Origin: Chiloscyllium plagiosum
Taxonomy: Eukaryota
Assembly (NCBI RefSeq): GCF_004010195.1
Contig: NC_057716.1
Span: 45,040,525-45,104,524 of the forward strand
Reading direction: 5' to 3'
DNA: 64,000 bases
The notes under the pieces were generated by a model, which had not been told where the DNA came from, did not search any database, and worked only from the letters and a program-made list of their open reading frames with translations. This document shows, piece after piece, positions 26,326 to 38,400 of this stretch (position 1 is the first letter of the stretch; each line of letters begins with the position of its first letter). The translations under genes were made by a program, and so were the position numbers.

Positions 26326-29250
26326 AAGGGTGGAAAATAAGACTGGCTTTCTGAATGATTCTGAAATAAAATATATAAAGGTGTAGGCAGCATTTCCCTG
26401 TGGTCTCCAGGCCATGTTTATACTGTGAAGTAGTACAAAATCATTTCTACAAGATAGCAAGTGTACAGTACTATTACAAAGCATCCTGCATCACTTGGTG
26501 GGTGGTTTTAGCCCTGAGAAGAAAAGAACACTCAAGTCTAGATTTCTGCCTACATATGTGTAGCGTGGAGTAATAAACGACAAATCAATTAATCTTCGGA
26601 GCTGTGACATTCATCGCAAGGTTCTACGGTGTGGAAGAATGAATACAAGCTGTGGTCAGAGCAGCACCCTGGACAGTAGGAGCTGGCAGCGAGGCCCACT
26701 GCCAAGTAGAACAGGATCATTTTCAGACGGTCCCTGGATTTTAACATGAATATTAAAAGATATTGTAAACTTTTTACAACTCCACCCCCTCAGAAATGGC
26801 TTAGAGTGTATTTTTTGCACTCTGAACAAGTAGCATCTCACTTTCTCCATCTGGATCAGCACGCCCTGTTTACAAATGACTCCCTGTTCATATGTTATTT
26901 GTTGACTTCATAAACACCCACAAGCCAATGATTTAAATATTTGCGAAGTAACATCTCGCGGATTCTCCTTGAGCACAGCTGTTGTGACTTATGAACTTTC
27001 CGCATTTTAGAGCATCGACTGTGAGTTATTTGACGTTTAAAACCTAAAGGCTGCTCTTTCTGTAATCTGTTATTGGCAAATTAGTAAACGCAATATTTGC
27101 TATTTTGCTCTGCTCACATAATACAAAATGTTTGCGATTAACAAACATTAAACCCCAGTTAAAATGCATCATTATATTTCTTTTTGTAATACTAGCCAGT
27201 TGGTCTGTGGCTTACATAAAATTGATGCGTTAGACTTTTTCTCCTTCTGTCTGATTGGAAAGACAACATTTTGCATTCCTTGACGAGTGGGTGGTGTACT
27301 AACAAAACAAGGTTCTGTTCCACTTTGCGGCGTTGGCGTTCATAATAGGCATCTTTAAAATAGCAACAATCAAAGGAGCTGTGTGCGGGGCATTCGAACA
27401 ATTCTACGTTCATATTTAGCATTTGCTTATGGTCAGGAATTTTTAGTAAATCAGGAGTTTACACTGAGGAGAAATTATAAGTGGTACGCTGACTTCAAGC
27501 TCTAAAACCGTCAACAAAACCTTAGATTGTGGTCTTCGTCAAGCTGTTGAGGTTTTCAGATACCTTCAGGCCCACTTCCTTATTTCAAATAATGACATTA
27601 CTTTCGACGGCTTGGAGATATCTTTGTTTGTTGCCAGAAGGCTTTCAGCGCCCCAGCTTTATTTGTCAAACAAAATGGCGCCGCATGTGTCGGGGTTGCG
27701 GGCTGCTGCTGTGGAGAGAGACAGCAACTAATGTCTGGGACTAGGCTCCCTGTCGCAGGCACCTGACATGGGGCACTTCGGAACACGGTTTTCTACATAA
27801 TAGTGTTGACGCCTTCATAAGATAACGGTAACAGATTGGGATTTATTTTTGGATTTATTCCTGTGTTTATCAGATAACTGCTATGGCAATGTTCACTCTT
27901 TTTATTGGATTGATTGCTCTTCGTGTATTTTGAAAACAAACGCTGTTAACTTTTTCCTTCAATGTCTATCAATGGAGATATTACATTCCAACGACTGTTA
28001 AATTCGGAAAAAAAAAACAAACGAAGTAATAATGGATAATATCAGTTAAAATGTACATACTTGCATCCTAGTTTGCTCTGTTTTATTTATCTCTTGCTAG
28101 TTGACTACATTTCATCGCGATCTAACTTACACAATTGCTCCCCCCCGCTCAACCTTTTCCTTTTCATTATTCTATATGCCTGATTCTTTACGTTTTATGT
28201 CTTATGAGACAATGGTGAGCACAATACAAAAGCGTCGCAATCGTTTTTCATATTATTTCAACATATCATTGGAAAATGCAATATATTGTTTTGCATATAT
28301 ATAATATATATTTAATCAGACCACAGCTCTGCCGAACATCACCAGTCATTGGCTGGAGTCAGCTTGTCTTGTATTAATGAGAAGTGAGGAGACAAGATGG
28401 CGAAGCATACAGCTGGAATGGTGCATATGCATTTATAAATAAAGGCTCCGGGTTTATTCAAAGAACACATTTTTATTCTAAATATCTTTTGGAATAGTAC
28501 CAGACAATTGAAATAAAGTATTCTTATAGAAATGTGTCGTCTATTGTGTAGTGTCACATATTTTCTGATGTACTACAATCATAACTTACAATTTGCTTTC
28601 AGAGATAACCCTTATATAATCTAAAAACACCAGCCACTGATACAACTGCTCAAAAAAACTATCCTCTCATCTAGTTTCAACCCAGGTTTACTAAAGGGAA
28701 GAAATATGATTGTAACAGACATGGATCAAACAGGTTAAAGTCAGATTGTATAAGATCTATAAATCTCACATAAATACATTAAGACGAGGATAAATAAGTA
28801 ATAGAAAAATCTTCTTTTCTTTTCGACTTAAAATAATAAATACATATTATTGATGCTCAATTCAGTTCGTTCATTACTGAGAAGTCCAGAGCTGAAGTTC
28901 TGGGTAGTTAGACCAGTTACGGTCAGAATCCACCAAAGTGGAGTTTAGAATTACCAGTCTTTTAAATTCCACATTAAGAAGGGTTGCTGAAGACTGACTT
29001 CATTATGTCTTACCTTCAAGAGCACCTATTTCAAGCAATTCTTCCTCTATTTGCATTCTGCATTACGTTAGGATCTTAACGAAAGGCATGGTCGACGTGT
29101 AGACCCTTAAATGAATACAGGAAAGCAATGTAACAGGTAGAAAGTGAATGGTGGACAAATACTGTGGCAGTCTGATAGCAGGAGAATATTTGATACAAAT
29201 GAGGTAATAAAAAAGCGAAGTGACATCGCTTGGCAAACCGTTCTAGCCCA

Positions 29251-29999
29251 TTACAGATGTGTTAGTTTGGGCGCTTCTTGAATTCTTCCCTGAGATGTGT
29301 GATGAGGAGTCAGATCTGTGTATGTAGGATGGGGATCACAAGGTCCATGATGATGATTGCCTGGTATTTGAGCAGCGCAGCTATAGTCCACAGTAGCTGA
29401 TGAAGGATGAGGAAGATGGCTAAGGTTGAACATGGGACCAGAAGCTGGCATTGAATCAACAAAGTTCCCTCCAACATATACAGGGCTGCCCTGCAAGTTA
29501 TGATTGGTAAAACTACCATTGCCCTGCAGAGTGTGATGATCGTACTCTGTGCCTGGGTACCTTTTTTGCTGGGGTAGGCAGCTACTATGTGGCGCAGTGT
29601 ATGCAGCCAAACCATACATATTTTGTTGGGATTTGGTGAATGATGTTGGCGAAGGAGCTTCGTAACTCAGACTGTTGACAGTAGGGAGCTGACTTGAGAA
29701 TCCAATATTATTTTGCGCGTTCAAAAGCGGACTTCTCTCTGGAGACTGTCCAACAGGAGAATGCATGATCCCTTTGGATTTTTGGTCTTTTTTATATTTC
29801 ATTCTTCTGTTCTGGAACCAGATTTTAATCTGGCGTTCAGTCAGGTTTAATAAATTTGCCATTTCAACTCTCCGAGGACGGCACAAGTAACGATTAAAAT
29901 GGAATTCCTTTTCCAGTTCCACGAGTTGTGCGCTGGTGTAGGCAGTACGGACTCTCTTGGAAGATGGACCTGGTGGACTTTTATCCTCACAATTGTCAC
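29251..29999 (-). CDS. hoxd3: HoxD3 coding exon 2 (homeodomain)
   Basis: Acceptor TTTTCATTTTGTAG|GT. Homeodomain [40 protein letters not shown]. Hox3 C-terminus [13 protein letters not shown]. Spliced product 410 aa. Confidence 0.95.
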
Positions 30000-30471
30000 C
30001 TACAAAATGAAAACAGTATGTTGGTTCCGATAAATAAACCTGGAAACAAGCACGCCCAGCCTAGAAACCCCACTGCATATTATCTTGACACTGAACTCGT
30101 GAAATAACTGCAAAGGGATTCTGTGACTATTTTGCTTTCCCCGGGCTATTTGAATATAAAGACATAGGTTACCATCTGAAGGGTAACATGCCGATGGCAG
30201 ACAGAAATGTGCTACAACTACAATAACACTCAAATAAGCATTTGACGACACTTCTTAATTACATCATTGGCAAGTTCTTTTTACGCCGTCCTAGACTCTC
30301 GAAAGGCGCTCGTTCACGCACGTTATTTATTTTCTTTTGGTATTGGCTGTTAGTGCTCTTTCCTAATTCATGAACGTTTATTTATGGACTGCTTTTTCGG
30401 AGATTCCACTGGAAGTTTCACTAACATCATAAAACAAGCATTTCACCTGAATCTATTTAAATGAAAAACAA

Positions 30472-30820
30472 CCATAGAGGTTCATAACATCATGAGTGGT
30501 AAGGATAGAATGGATAGCCAAGATCTTTTTTCCCAGGGTAGGGTAGTCCAAAACTAGAGTACTTAGGTTTAAGGTGAACGGAGAACGATTTAGAAAGAAC
30601 CTGAGAGGCAGACTTTTCACGCAGAGCGTGGTGCGTGTATGGAACGAGCTGCCTGGGGAGGTGAACGTTATTACAACATTTAAAGGGAATCTGGATGGGT
30701 ACATGAGTACGAAGGACTTAGAGGGACATGGCTAAATACTAGCAAATGGGATTAGATATGTGGCGACGCGGACGAGTTGGACCAAAAGGTCTGTTCCCGT
30801 GCTGCATGACTATATGACTT
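30472..30820 (+). mobile_element. CR1 LINE 3' end inside the HoxD3 intron
   Basis: Homologous to the reverse complement of 3757-4130 (IEV..IM.G.DR, FTQSVVRVWNELP). Ends GTGCTGCATGACTATATGACT. Confidence 0.8.
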
Positions 30821-30865
30821 TGTATTTAGTCTAATTTGTGAGGTTCTCTACCTTGGAACTGGAGG

Positions 30866-31030
30866 AACAAAATACTGCAGATGCTGGAATCTGTACTGAA
30901 AGCAACAAATGCTGGAGATCACAGCGGAAGTGAGCTCTGACGAAGTGTCATCTAGACTCGAAACGTTAGCCTGCTCTCTCTCCATGGATGCTGTCTGACC
31001 CGTTGTGATTTCCAGTATTTGTTGTTTTCA
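30866..31030 (+). mobile_element. Short repeat with inverted arms and hammerhead core, in the HoxD3 intron
   Basis: Inverted arms at about 30897-30928 and 30999-31030. CTGACGA-A-GTGTC-ATCTA-GACTC-GAAACGTT at 30937-30967. Confidence 0.75.
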
Positions 31031-31446
31031 CCTTAAAACTGAGGTTGAAGGTCATTGGTGCTCGAAGTTCTGTACTTGCAGGAAATGTAACTGAGGGAGA
31101 GAATAAACTGAGATCAGAACAACTAAATTAATTATATTTAAGTGAGATACCAACAAAGTTTTGAAATAACTCTATTTTCTTAGTCTCTACTCTGTTGATA
31201 ACAAAGTCCAGTGTGAAAAAAGTAAGCTAATTTGGTTAAATGCAAGAATTACATCTTTTACAATTTAGTTGCATGATATTTAAGTATGAAAGAGATGAGT
31301 CAACCGAATATTTCAGATATTCGCTTTCTTCCCAGAGCAGTAACTTAGTATTCAATGTCTCATAAATTATCACCAAAATGTTTTGAAGATGCCCTGAAAA
31401 TGTCATGATCCTTAACTCTCTCCAACAATCTTATGGACGGCAATAA

Positions 31447-31805
31447 ATCATAGAATTCTCTACAGTGTGGAAGCAGGCCATTCAACCCATCGAGTCTGCA
31501 TCGACACCCCCCTTTGCCCGAAGGGCATCCGCCCAGACTTATCCAGATTTTATCTCCCTGCAATCCTGTATTCCCAATGAATAATTCACCTAGCCTGAAC
31601 ATCCCTGGACACTATGGGCAATTTAACATGGCCAATCCAACTAAACCGCACATCTTTGGACTGTGAGAGGAAAGTGGAGCACCCAGAGGAAACCCACGCA
31701 AACATGGCGAGAATGTGCAAACTTTACACAGTCATGTAGATGGAGTCGAACGCGGGTCACTGGCACTATGAGGCAGCAGTGCTAATTACAGAGTCACAGT
31801 GCGGT
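31447..31805 (-). mobile_element. V-SINE (HE1-like) inside the HoxD3 intron
   Basis: Reverse complement matches the 9268-9553 head and V-domain, with CR1-like tail GAATGGCCTGCTTCCACACTGTAG. Confidence 0.8.
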
Positions 31806-31923
31806 CCCAAATTGTGCAGACTGGTGGCAATGCTCTTACTTAAGTGCACTGTTTTGGTAACCTTCCTGCTTAATTATCAAAATACGTGATTCAAAATCTA
31901 AAACGCGAAGGGCTGAAGGATAC

Positions 31924-32407
31924 CTGCAACTGTGCAGTTGTTTTTCTGCTTGGCATTTTGACGAGATTCTTTCATCCATGGAAAGATTTGCTTCGTGAGA
32001 GTAGCAGCTGGGCTAGTGGAAGAATTTGACAAAGACTTGGTTCTTTTCTGTGTTGAGGTGTTGCTTGCATTGGGTGAGGGTGGTAAAGGAGGTGGCTGCT
32101 GTGGCTCATTCATGCTTGGGGGCTGGGCAGTGCCCTGGCTGCCGCTTGTTCTCATACAGTTGCCATTAATATCGGTGGGTTTATGGTTTGGGACTCTGAC
32201 ACTAGATGTCTGAATGGGGCACGTCGAGCTTTGATAATCATTTTCAACGGAAGTTGGCGGGTAGGCCTGGTGGCTAGAACTGTAGCTGTATGCATTAGTC
32301 TTTTGGTAGGAGTAACCGGCGAATATTCCGGAGTTGTCGTAGTAAGTCGCTTTTTGCATCTCGCTATTTCGAAATGATAGGGTCTTGACACCCTTATCGA
32401 AGAGCAT
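31924..32407 (-). CDS. hoxd3: HoxD3 coding exon 1
   Basis: ATG at 32407 gives MLFDKGVKTLSFRNSEMQKATYYDNSG, resembling HOXD3 MLFEQG...MQKAAYYENPG. Second in-frame ATG at 32359. Hexapeptide KQIFPWMKESRQN. Donor GCAG|GTATCC. Confidence 0.92.
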
Positions 32408-35400
32408 TGACACTTTCGATCACGTGACACTATTCCACCAATCACAAGTCTGCAGCAGTCCTTTAGTTAACGAAGCAAAAGACAATAATATAAAACATTA
32501 GGAACTCCTAATTCAGAGTGTACAACATAAAAGTCGCATCCAATCCATAAAGTCCCCATTATACGTTGTTAGAAGCATAGGTTTCCCCTCCTTCTGCAAA
32601 TCTGTGATTGATCTTACGGGACTATTAATAAGTTACTGAAATTCAGAACAAATTATTGAACAACTTCTGGAAGACTTTTATAATACAACTTATTTTACAT
32701 TTTGATGCTTTCTTGAATTCCGAGAAATTAATTTCAAATTGTGAATGCAGTCTTGAAGTGATTATTGAAAACAAATTGTTGGAAACATTTATAGTTCCAC
32801 TTCTTGCTCTTTCATTACACTTCATTGGAGTTTACTAATATTTAAATACATAATACATTACTAATCGATTAATGCCTACCAGATGGAATTCTTTCTTCAT
32901 AAATACGCTAGTTTTGATGTTTGACAATAAGTAATTGCATACCAGGCGTGAAATAAAATGTCTCCATCATCTGAAATATTTCACAGCATATAGATAACAA
33001 TCAGCTTTACCACTATAGTTTTACTATTCTACAACACTGGAAGTCAACACTGGTGGGACAGACAGTGCTATTCCAGATGGCTTCACTGGTTGAGGCCACT
33101 TATATAATGATGAGAAACAAAAAGACCCTTCTTAAAAAGAACGAAAATACCATAGTCACAGGCGGCTTATTTGCCTACAGCATTTGCTGTGGGTACAGAC
33201 CGTTTTATTCTGTGATCTAGACAGTGTTACACAGGACATGATGGATCGGACCAGTTCCAAAAGGTGAAAAACCAACGAAGTGTTCCCTCGCCATTGTTGC
33301 CTTCTTTCTCTTCAACGTAAGAGAGGTTTGTGTGAAGCGAATCTGATGCTTTCTGCTATATCTTTCTGTTTTATGACAGCGGGCAGGCAGAGTAGTTAAA
33401 ATATAACTAGCACCTATTCAATCTTTTTGTTCGAATTAAAACAGAGAAATGAGCAAGTCAGCATTTTACATCTCCATTCTGCTGCTTATATCGGCTTTTG
33501 TTTAGGCACCAGTCTGCAACAAAATAGCACATGTAACTGGATGTGATGATCTTTTTGGAACATGTATGACAGAAAAAAAGTCAAACTAACCTAAACTGAA
33601 TCCAAAACAAGCAGTGAATGAGTGCAGGTTTAGCCTTTGCTAACCGAACCTCTCTTAACGTCAATAAACGTTCATAATATTACAATTGTTTTGAAACAAC
33701 GCAGATCAAGCTCTTTAGCTGTGGCAACAGCTGTTCAAATACGTGATAGCACACAAACTGTTTAAATGTTCATATTTTCTAATTTATTTCTGATTGGATT
33801 TATTTATTTTGAGACCCTAATACCAACTTCCTAAATATTCCTTATTCATTTGTGACTTTATTATGACAAAAATTGCATTTTACTTCAATCAATCTCTCAT
33901 CAAAGACTTTTACAAGTTCGCATTAACATTGCGAGTAGCGTTCCCAACAAGTCCACGTCTGCATGAGGTGGGGGGTCCCGCCAAAAAAAGCCAAGACTTT
34001 TTGATTGTGGCATGGTATCTTGCAGTCCAAATTAGGTTCCCTAAGATATATCTTAAAGTCGGAAATTATTTGTGTCTGTAATTAAATGATCAAAAGGTGT
34101 ATTAAAACAACCTACTGTGAAATATACTTGAAATTTACAAGAAAATGGTTGGTCAGTGTTCTATATGTAATATTTAAACTGCAACATTATTTAAATAACA
34201 CATATTACTGTAGAAACCATCATAGCCATTGGACGTGTGACTTATCTAGATACTATATCACGTCACAAATAGATTTTCTATTCATTTAGAAAAAGCCTTC
34301 AGCCATACAAGACTTGACATTCTAATGAAATATGAGGTTTATGATCTGCGGCCTCCAAAGTTGCAGTCAGGCACACGTGCACATTTCAGCTGTTCCTTTT
34401 AGAAACAAGTCAATGTTTTTCTTTTCTGTTCTAACTGTTTTGTTCTCTTTGTGTTTCGTATATTTTGTTTTCTTCTGTTATCCTGAATTCATTTCCATCC
34501 ATTTCGCCGTTTTATTCAATTGTTAGTACATTGCAGTCCTTTGCTTAGTTATCTGAATTTTAATTACATCTCTGTCCCCCCCACCTCCCCCCAGCCCCCC
34601 CCCCCCCCGCCCATCTAATCTGTGCTATATGTAAGAGATAAGAGAGTAACTCAGTATTATTTACTGCCATGGGATCTGAACCTCCGCCATTGCAGCCAGC
34701 CTCCCAGCTTGCAATGGATTTGAAGGCGCTATCTTCAGAATATCAAAACTAACATTAATATGAAAGCATTGTGGAAAGGTTGTGGTGAAGCGGCAGATCT
34801 GGTTCAGAAACTCCAACTGCTTGTGAACTCTGCTTGAACTTAAATCGCAGCCATGGGCCATAAATCATTTGGACAATGGTCAACTGTTTCTGCGTTCATC
34901 TTTCAGATCTTTCTTACCTTACATGTTTTCTAAATGCAAGGGTGCGAGACGTATTACAAAGATTTGATAAGTAACACCTTGTTATGGACCATCATCCCCA
35001 CTTTGGTATTTCCAAATATATTATCCAAAATCACGGGACACATGGCGAAAAAAAGCAAATTATTAAGTACTTTTGAGCAACATCAATGACAAATCTTAAT
35101 GACGAAAACTGCTATTACGAACAGGATATTGGTACCGCATGCACCATGAAAGGATTGAAATCAATGTATTATAATTCTGTTTTTCAGTGTCGCAGATTTT
35201 AAGATCGTCTACAAAAGGCGTTAGAAAAGGTAAATTGCTTTTAAAAAGGCAGGCATATCTATATGGATTGTTATGTCTCTCCCCACCCCCACTCCATGTA
35301 ATGGCTCACAATGCTATGCCATTTGTCCTGTTTTATTTGTCCGAGGCCAGACCACTGAGAAATGGTTACTGTCTTTTTAACTGTTAGTCAAATCATTCAT

Positions 35401-38400
35401 TTATTTGTTTATTTTTCACTTTAATATTAAGTAGCCTAACAATTTAGAAAGCATCTCTAAAGGTGGGCAGTTCGTTAGCAAGAAGCTAGAGCCCTCACAG
35501 TGAATATCAATGCACCTGTCATTGTGGGCTGCGCAAAATTTATGACTGCTAGTGCTACGGTCGTAAACGCTTCACTACAGAATGAAAAGAAAAACACTTT
35601 CCAAAGACTTGCTATCTTCAGAAGTGTAAAACAGCTACAGCGTAGGAGGAAAGTCCTGAAAAAGAATGTCCATACTCGGCAAGTTTCTTATCAACAAGGC
35701 GTTTCGCCAGCACTTGCAGGATTTTATATAAACCATTGAAAGTTGCCAGGGATTTTGAATTACGGACCAGACCAGAAGCTTCTCACATTCAGCAGAAGCA
35801 CATGGCTCGAGCGGGAAGAACTGAGAATTGCCTTGGATAAACATTAGCTGGGAGTCAAATTTGAAATCAAAGATTTGATTTCAGGTATGAAGCTGAGGGA
35901 AAGGGGGAGAAAACCGTTTTCTCTTCCGGCTTGGTGTCTGGCCGGAGTGTCCAATTTAAAGTTATTAGTGATAACTATTTCAGCTATTTTCTAAGTCTAC
36001 AAATACTTGATTAACTTGCTTGATTATATATGTGTCGTTAAAAACCCTCCTGCAATGTATATTATCTTCGGCTATAGCTCACGAGAAGAAGTAGAATATT
36101 GTGGGGACGTCGCGATGCTGATTATGTTTAAACTTAGAGGATCAGTTCTGGCTCAGATTTCTGGTTGGATATCCACATCTGTTCAGATTGCAACTTGGAT
36201 GATTCAATATCTTCTAGGTTTGCGGTTAGTTCCTAAACCATAGGCATTGGAAACTTTGCTTTAACTTGGAATGATTTGCCTTCTGCTGCAATTTCCTGGA
36301 GTCACTGGAAAAATTAGTCCAGGATTACAAGAAAGGCAACAGGATCCCATCATTAAATTAATGATCACCAGGTTTCAGCTGCTAACTTACTTTCAACGTT
36401 ATTTTATTCCTTCCAAAATGGGATAAACACGTTTACTGTCGATTATAAAAGTTGCATGAGTTGTGCGATTCCTGCCTCAAATCACATTTCATCTTGTGAT
36501 TTACACAGAAATGTAACACAAGTGTATGAACAATTAACTTACAAACTAGATATTTGGTCAGAACAATTGTGTCGATCTCTTGGTGAAGTCTGGTACGAGT
36601 TAGAAAAGGAAAAGGAATGGAAACAAATACAGTTTATAAGCTGAAACTCAGCTGGATTGAAAAACGATTTTGAAAGAACTGAAATAGGAGCAGTTGGCGG
36701 AATATCACAGGCTCAAACGAATAATGTTTAATACTCTAAAAATATTACCGACTTCTTGTTTGAACGAATCTCACACAGTTACACATATTTACAAACATGC
36801 CTTTTTGAAGAGTGCATGAAGACTGTCCATAAAGCGATTAGTTTAACTAACATTTAATTCCCTCCCGTTTTCAATAGCATCGATTCCGTTGAAGGCCTCT
36901 GTTCTGCAATCAGATGCCGACCAAATTGCCGGAATTACGGGCTACTTTACAAAAGCCTTGGTCCTAGCACAGGGTAGAGACAAACTCACGGGCGGCTAGC
37001 ACGGGAATAGGCGCAACAGAAGAAACCATGGATCACATTCGAGAACTGTGTTTCAGTTTTGGTATATGTGTTCCGGTCTTTAAAATATGAAAACTTGAAC
37101 GAATCTCAGTTACTTATTGACCATAGTAAGTCCAACAGCTTCAAAAAATGGAAAGTATAAAAACTCACCGCACAGAAATTTTCTGTGTGCTTTTGCTTGG
37201 CTTGGGCTTGGAATCTGTCCAGATTGACCAGAAGGCACTGGCTTTGTTCTGAAAACAGAAAATGTAATTAAATATTTTCTCATTCACTAATGCTATTTCT
37301 CTATATCCTGTATATTTTAGGTCGTTTTTTGGCTCCTATCAAACAAAGAAAGGAAAGGAACTTTGAACAGGCCGTGCAGATCCATCCATGTTCTGCCCAA
37401 AATGTATTTGTTTTATTATTTACATTAAAATGTCAGAAAAAACATTGTTTCCTCGTGAGTTTTAATCTAATGACTTCGTGATTTAAAAAAAAATCACTTT
37501 CAATGCCTCAGAAATTAGAAGATCAATGGTATTAAATAGCAGGGTTCTATGCTTAACGAAGTGAGTTGCATTATCAAGTGAAATTAAAATGAAATAAGGG
37601 AAAGAAGAAGGGATGAAATGTATTTAAAATCAGTAAAAATCAGGATTTCGCGAAGAATGCCTCCCGAGAATTTGAACACAACAAATCATTTATTTGAAGC
37701 GATTTTCATAACTCAAATTGTTATTGCGGAAGCATAAATCTATTAATAGCAACGAGCATTTGGAATAGGAACTTCCATTTAAAAGACCAGAAATGTGCCT
37801 CAAGGGTGGCCTTATTACCCAATGAACATGATATTTTGAGGCCTACTGTACTTGGTAAGAAAATAGATCGTTCTGCAGTGGCCTTTTAATGGAACCTGGG
37901 CCCGAACGGAGTATTAAATAAGAACCACAATATTATATCATGCATTCAGACTTTTGGTTTCTTCGAAATGACTGCAAAAACTAACATCAACAACCTTCAC
38001 AATATAAAATAAGTAATTCTTTATTTTCTTGATGCCGTTTAAATACATGCCTTTAAAGACAAACCATCACCTCTGCCGAATATTTTATAGCAAACTCACA
38101 TAACAATACAAATATGGAGGTTTGGAAGAAAAGCCCTGGCGCCATATATGAAACTCATGAATAATGTATTATATTGACAGGCGGTTATGCTTTGTCATTG
38201 GGATACCAAACATCATGTAATATTTTATATCGATCAAACTTGATCATAATGTTCGCAATAAAGAGCTTGGTTATGCAAAAGGGGGCTAAAATTCAATAAT
38301 ACAGCCCCGCTGGCATCTCCAGACAGGCTCCAAACTCCAAATCAATGTGCAAGAAACAGATGGAAGGTGAAGGGAAGCTGAAGTCAGACAGAAACTGCGT

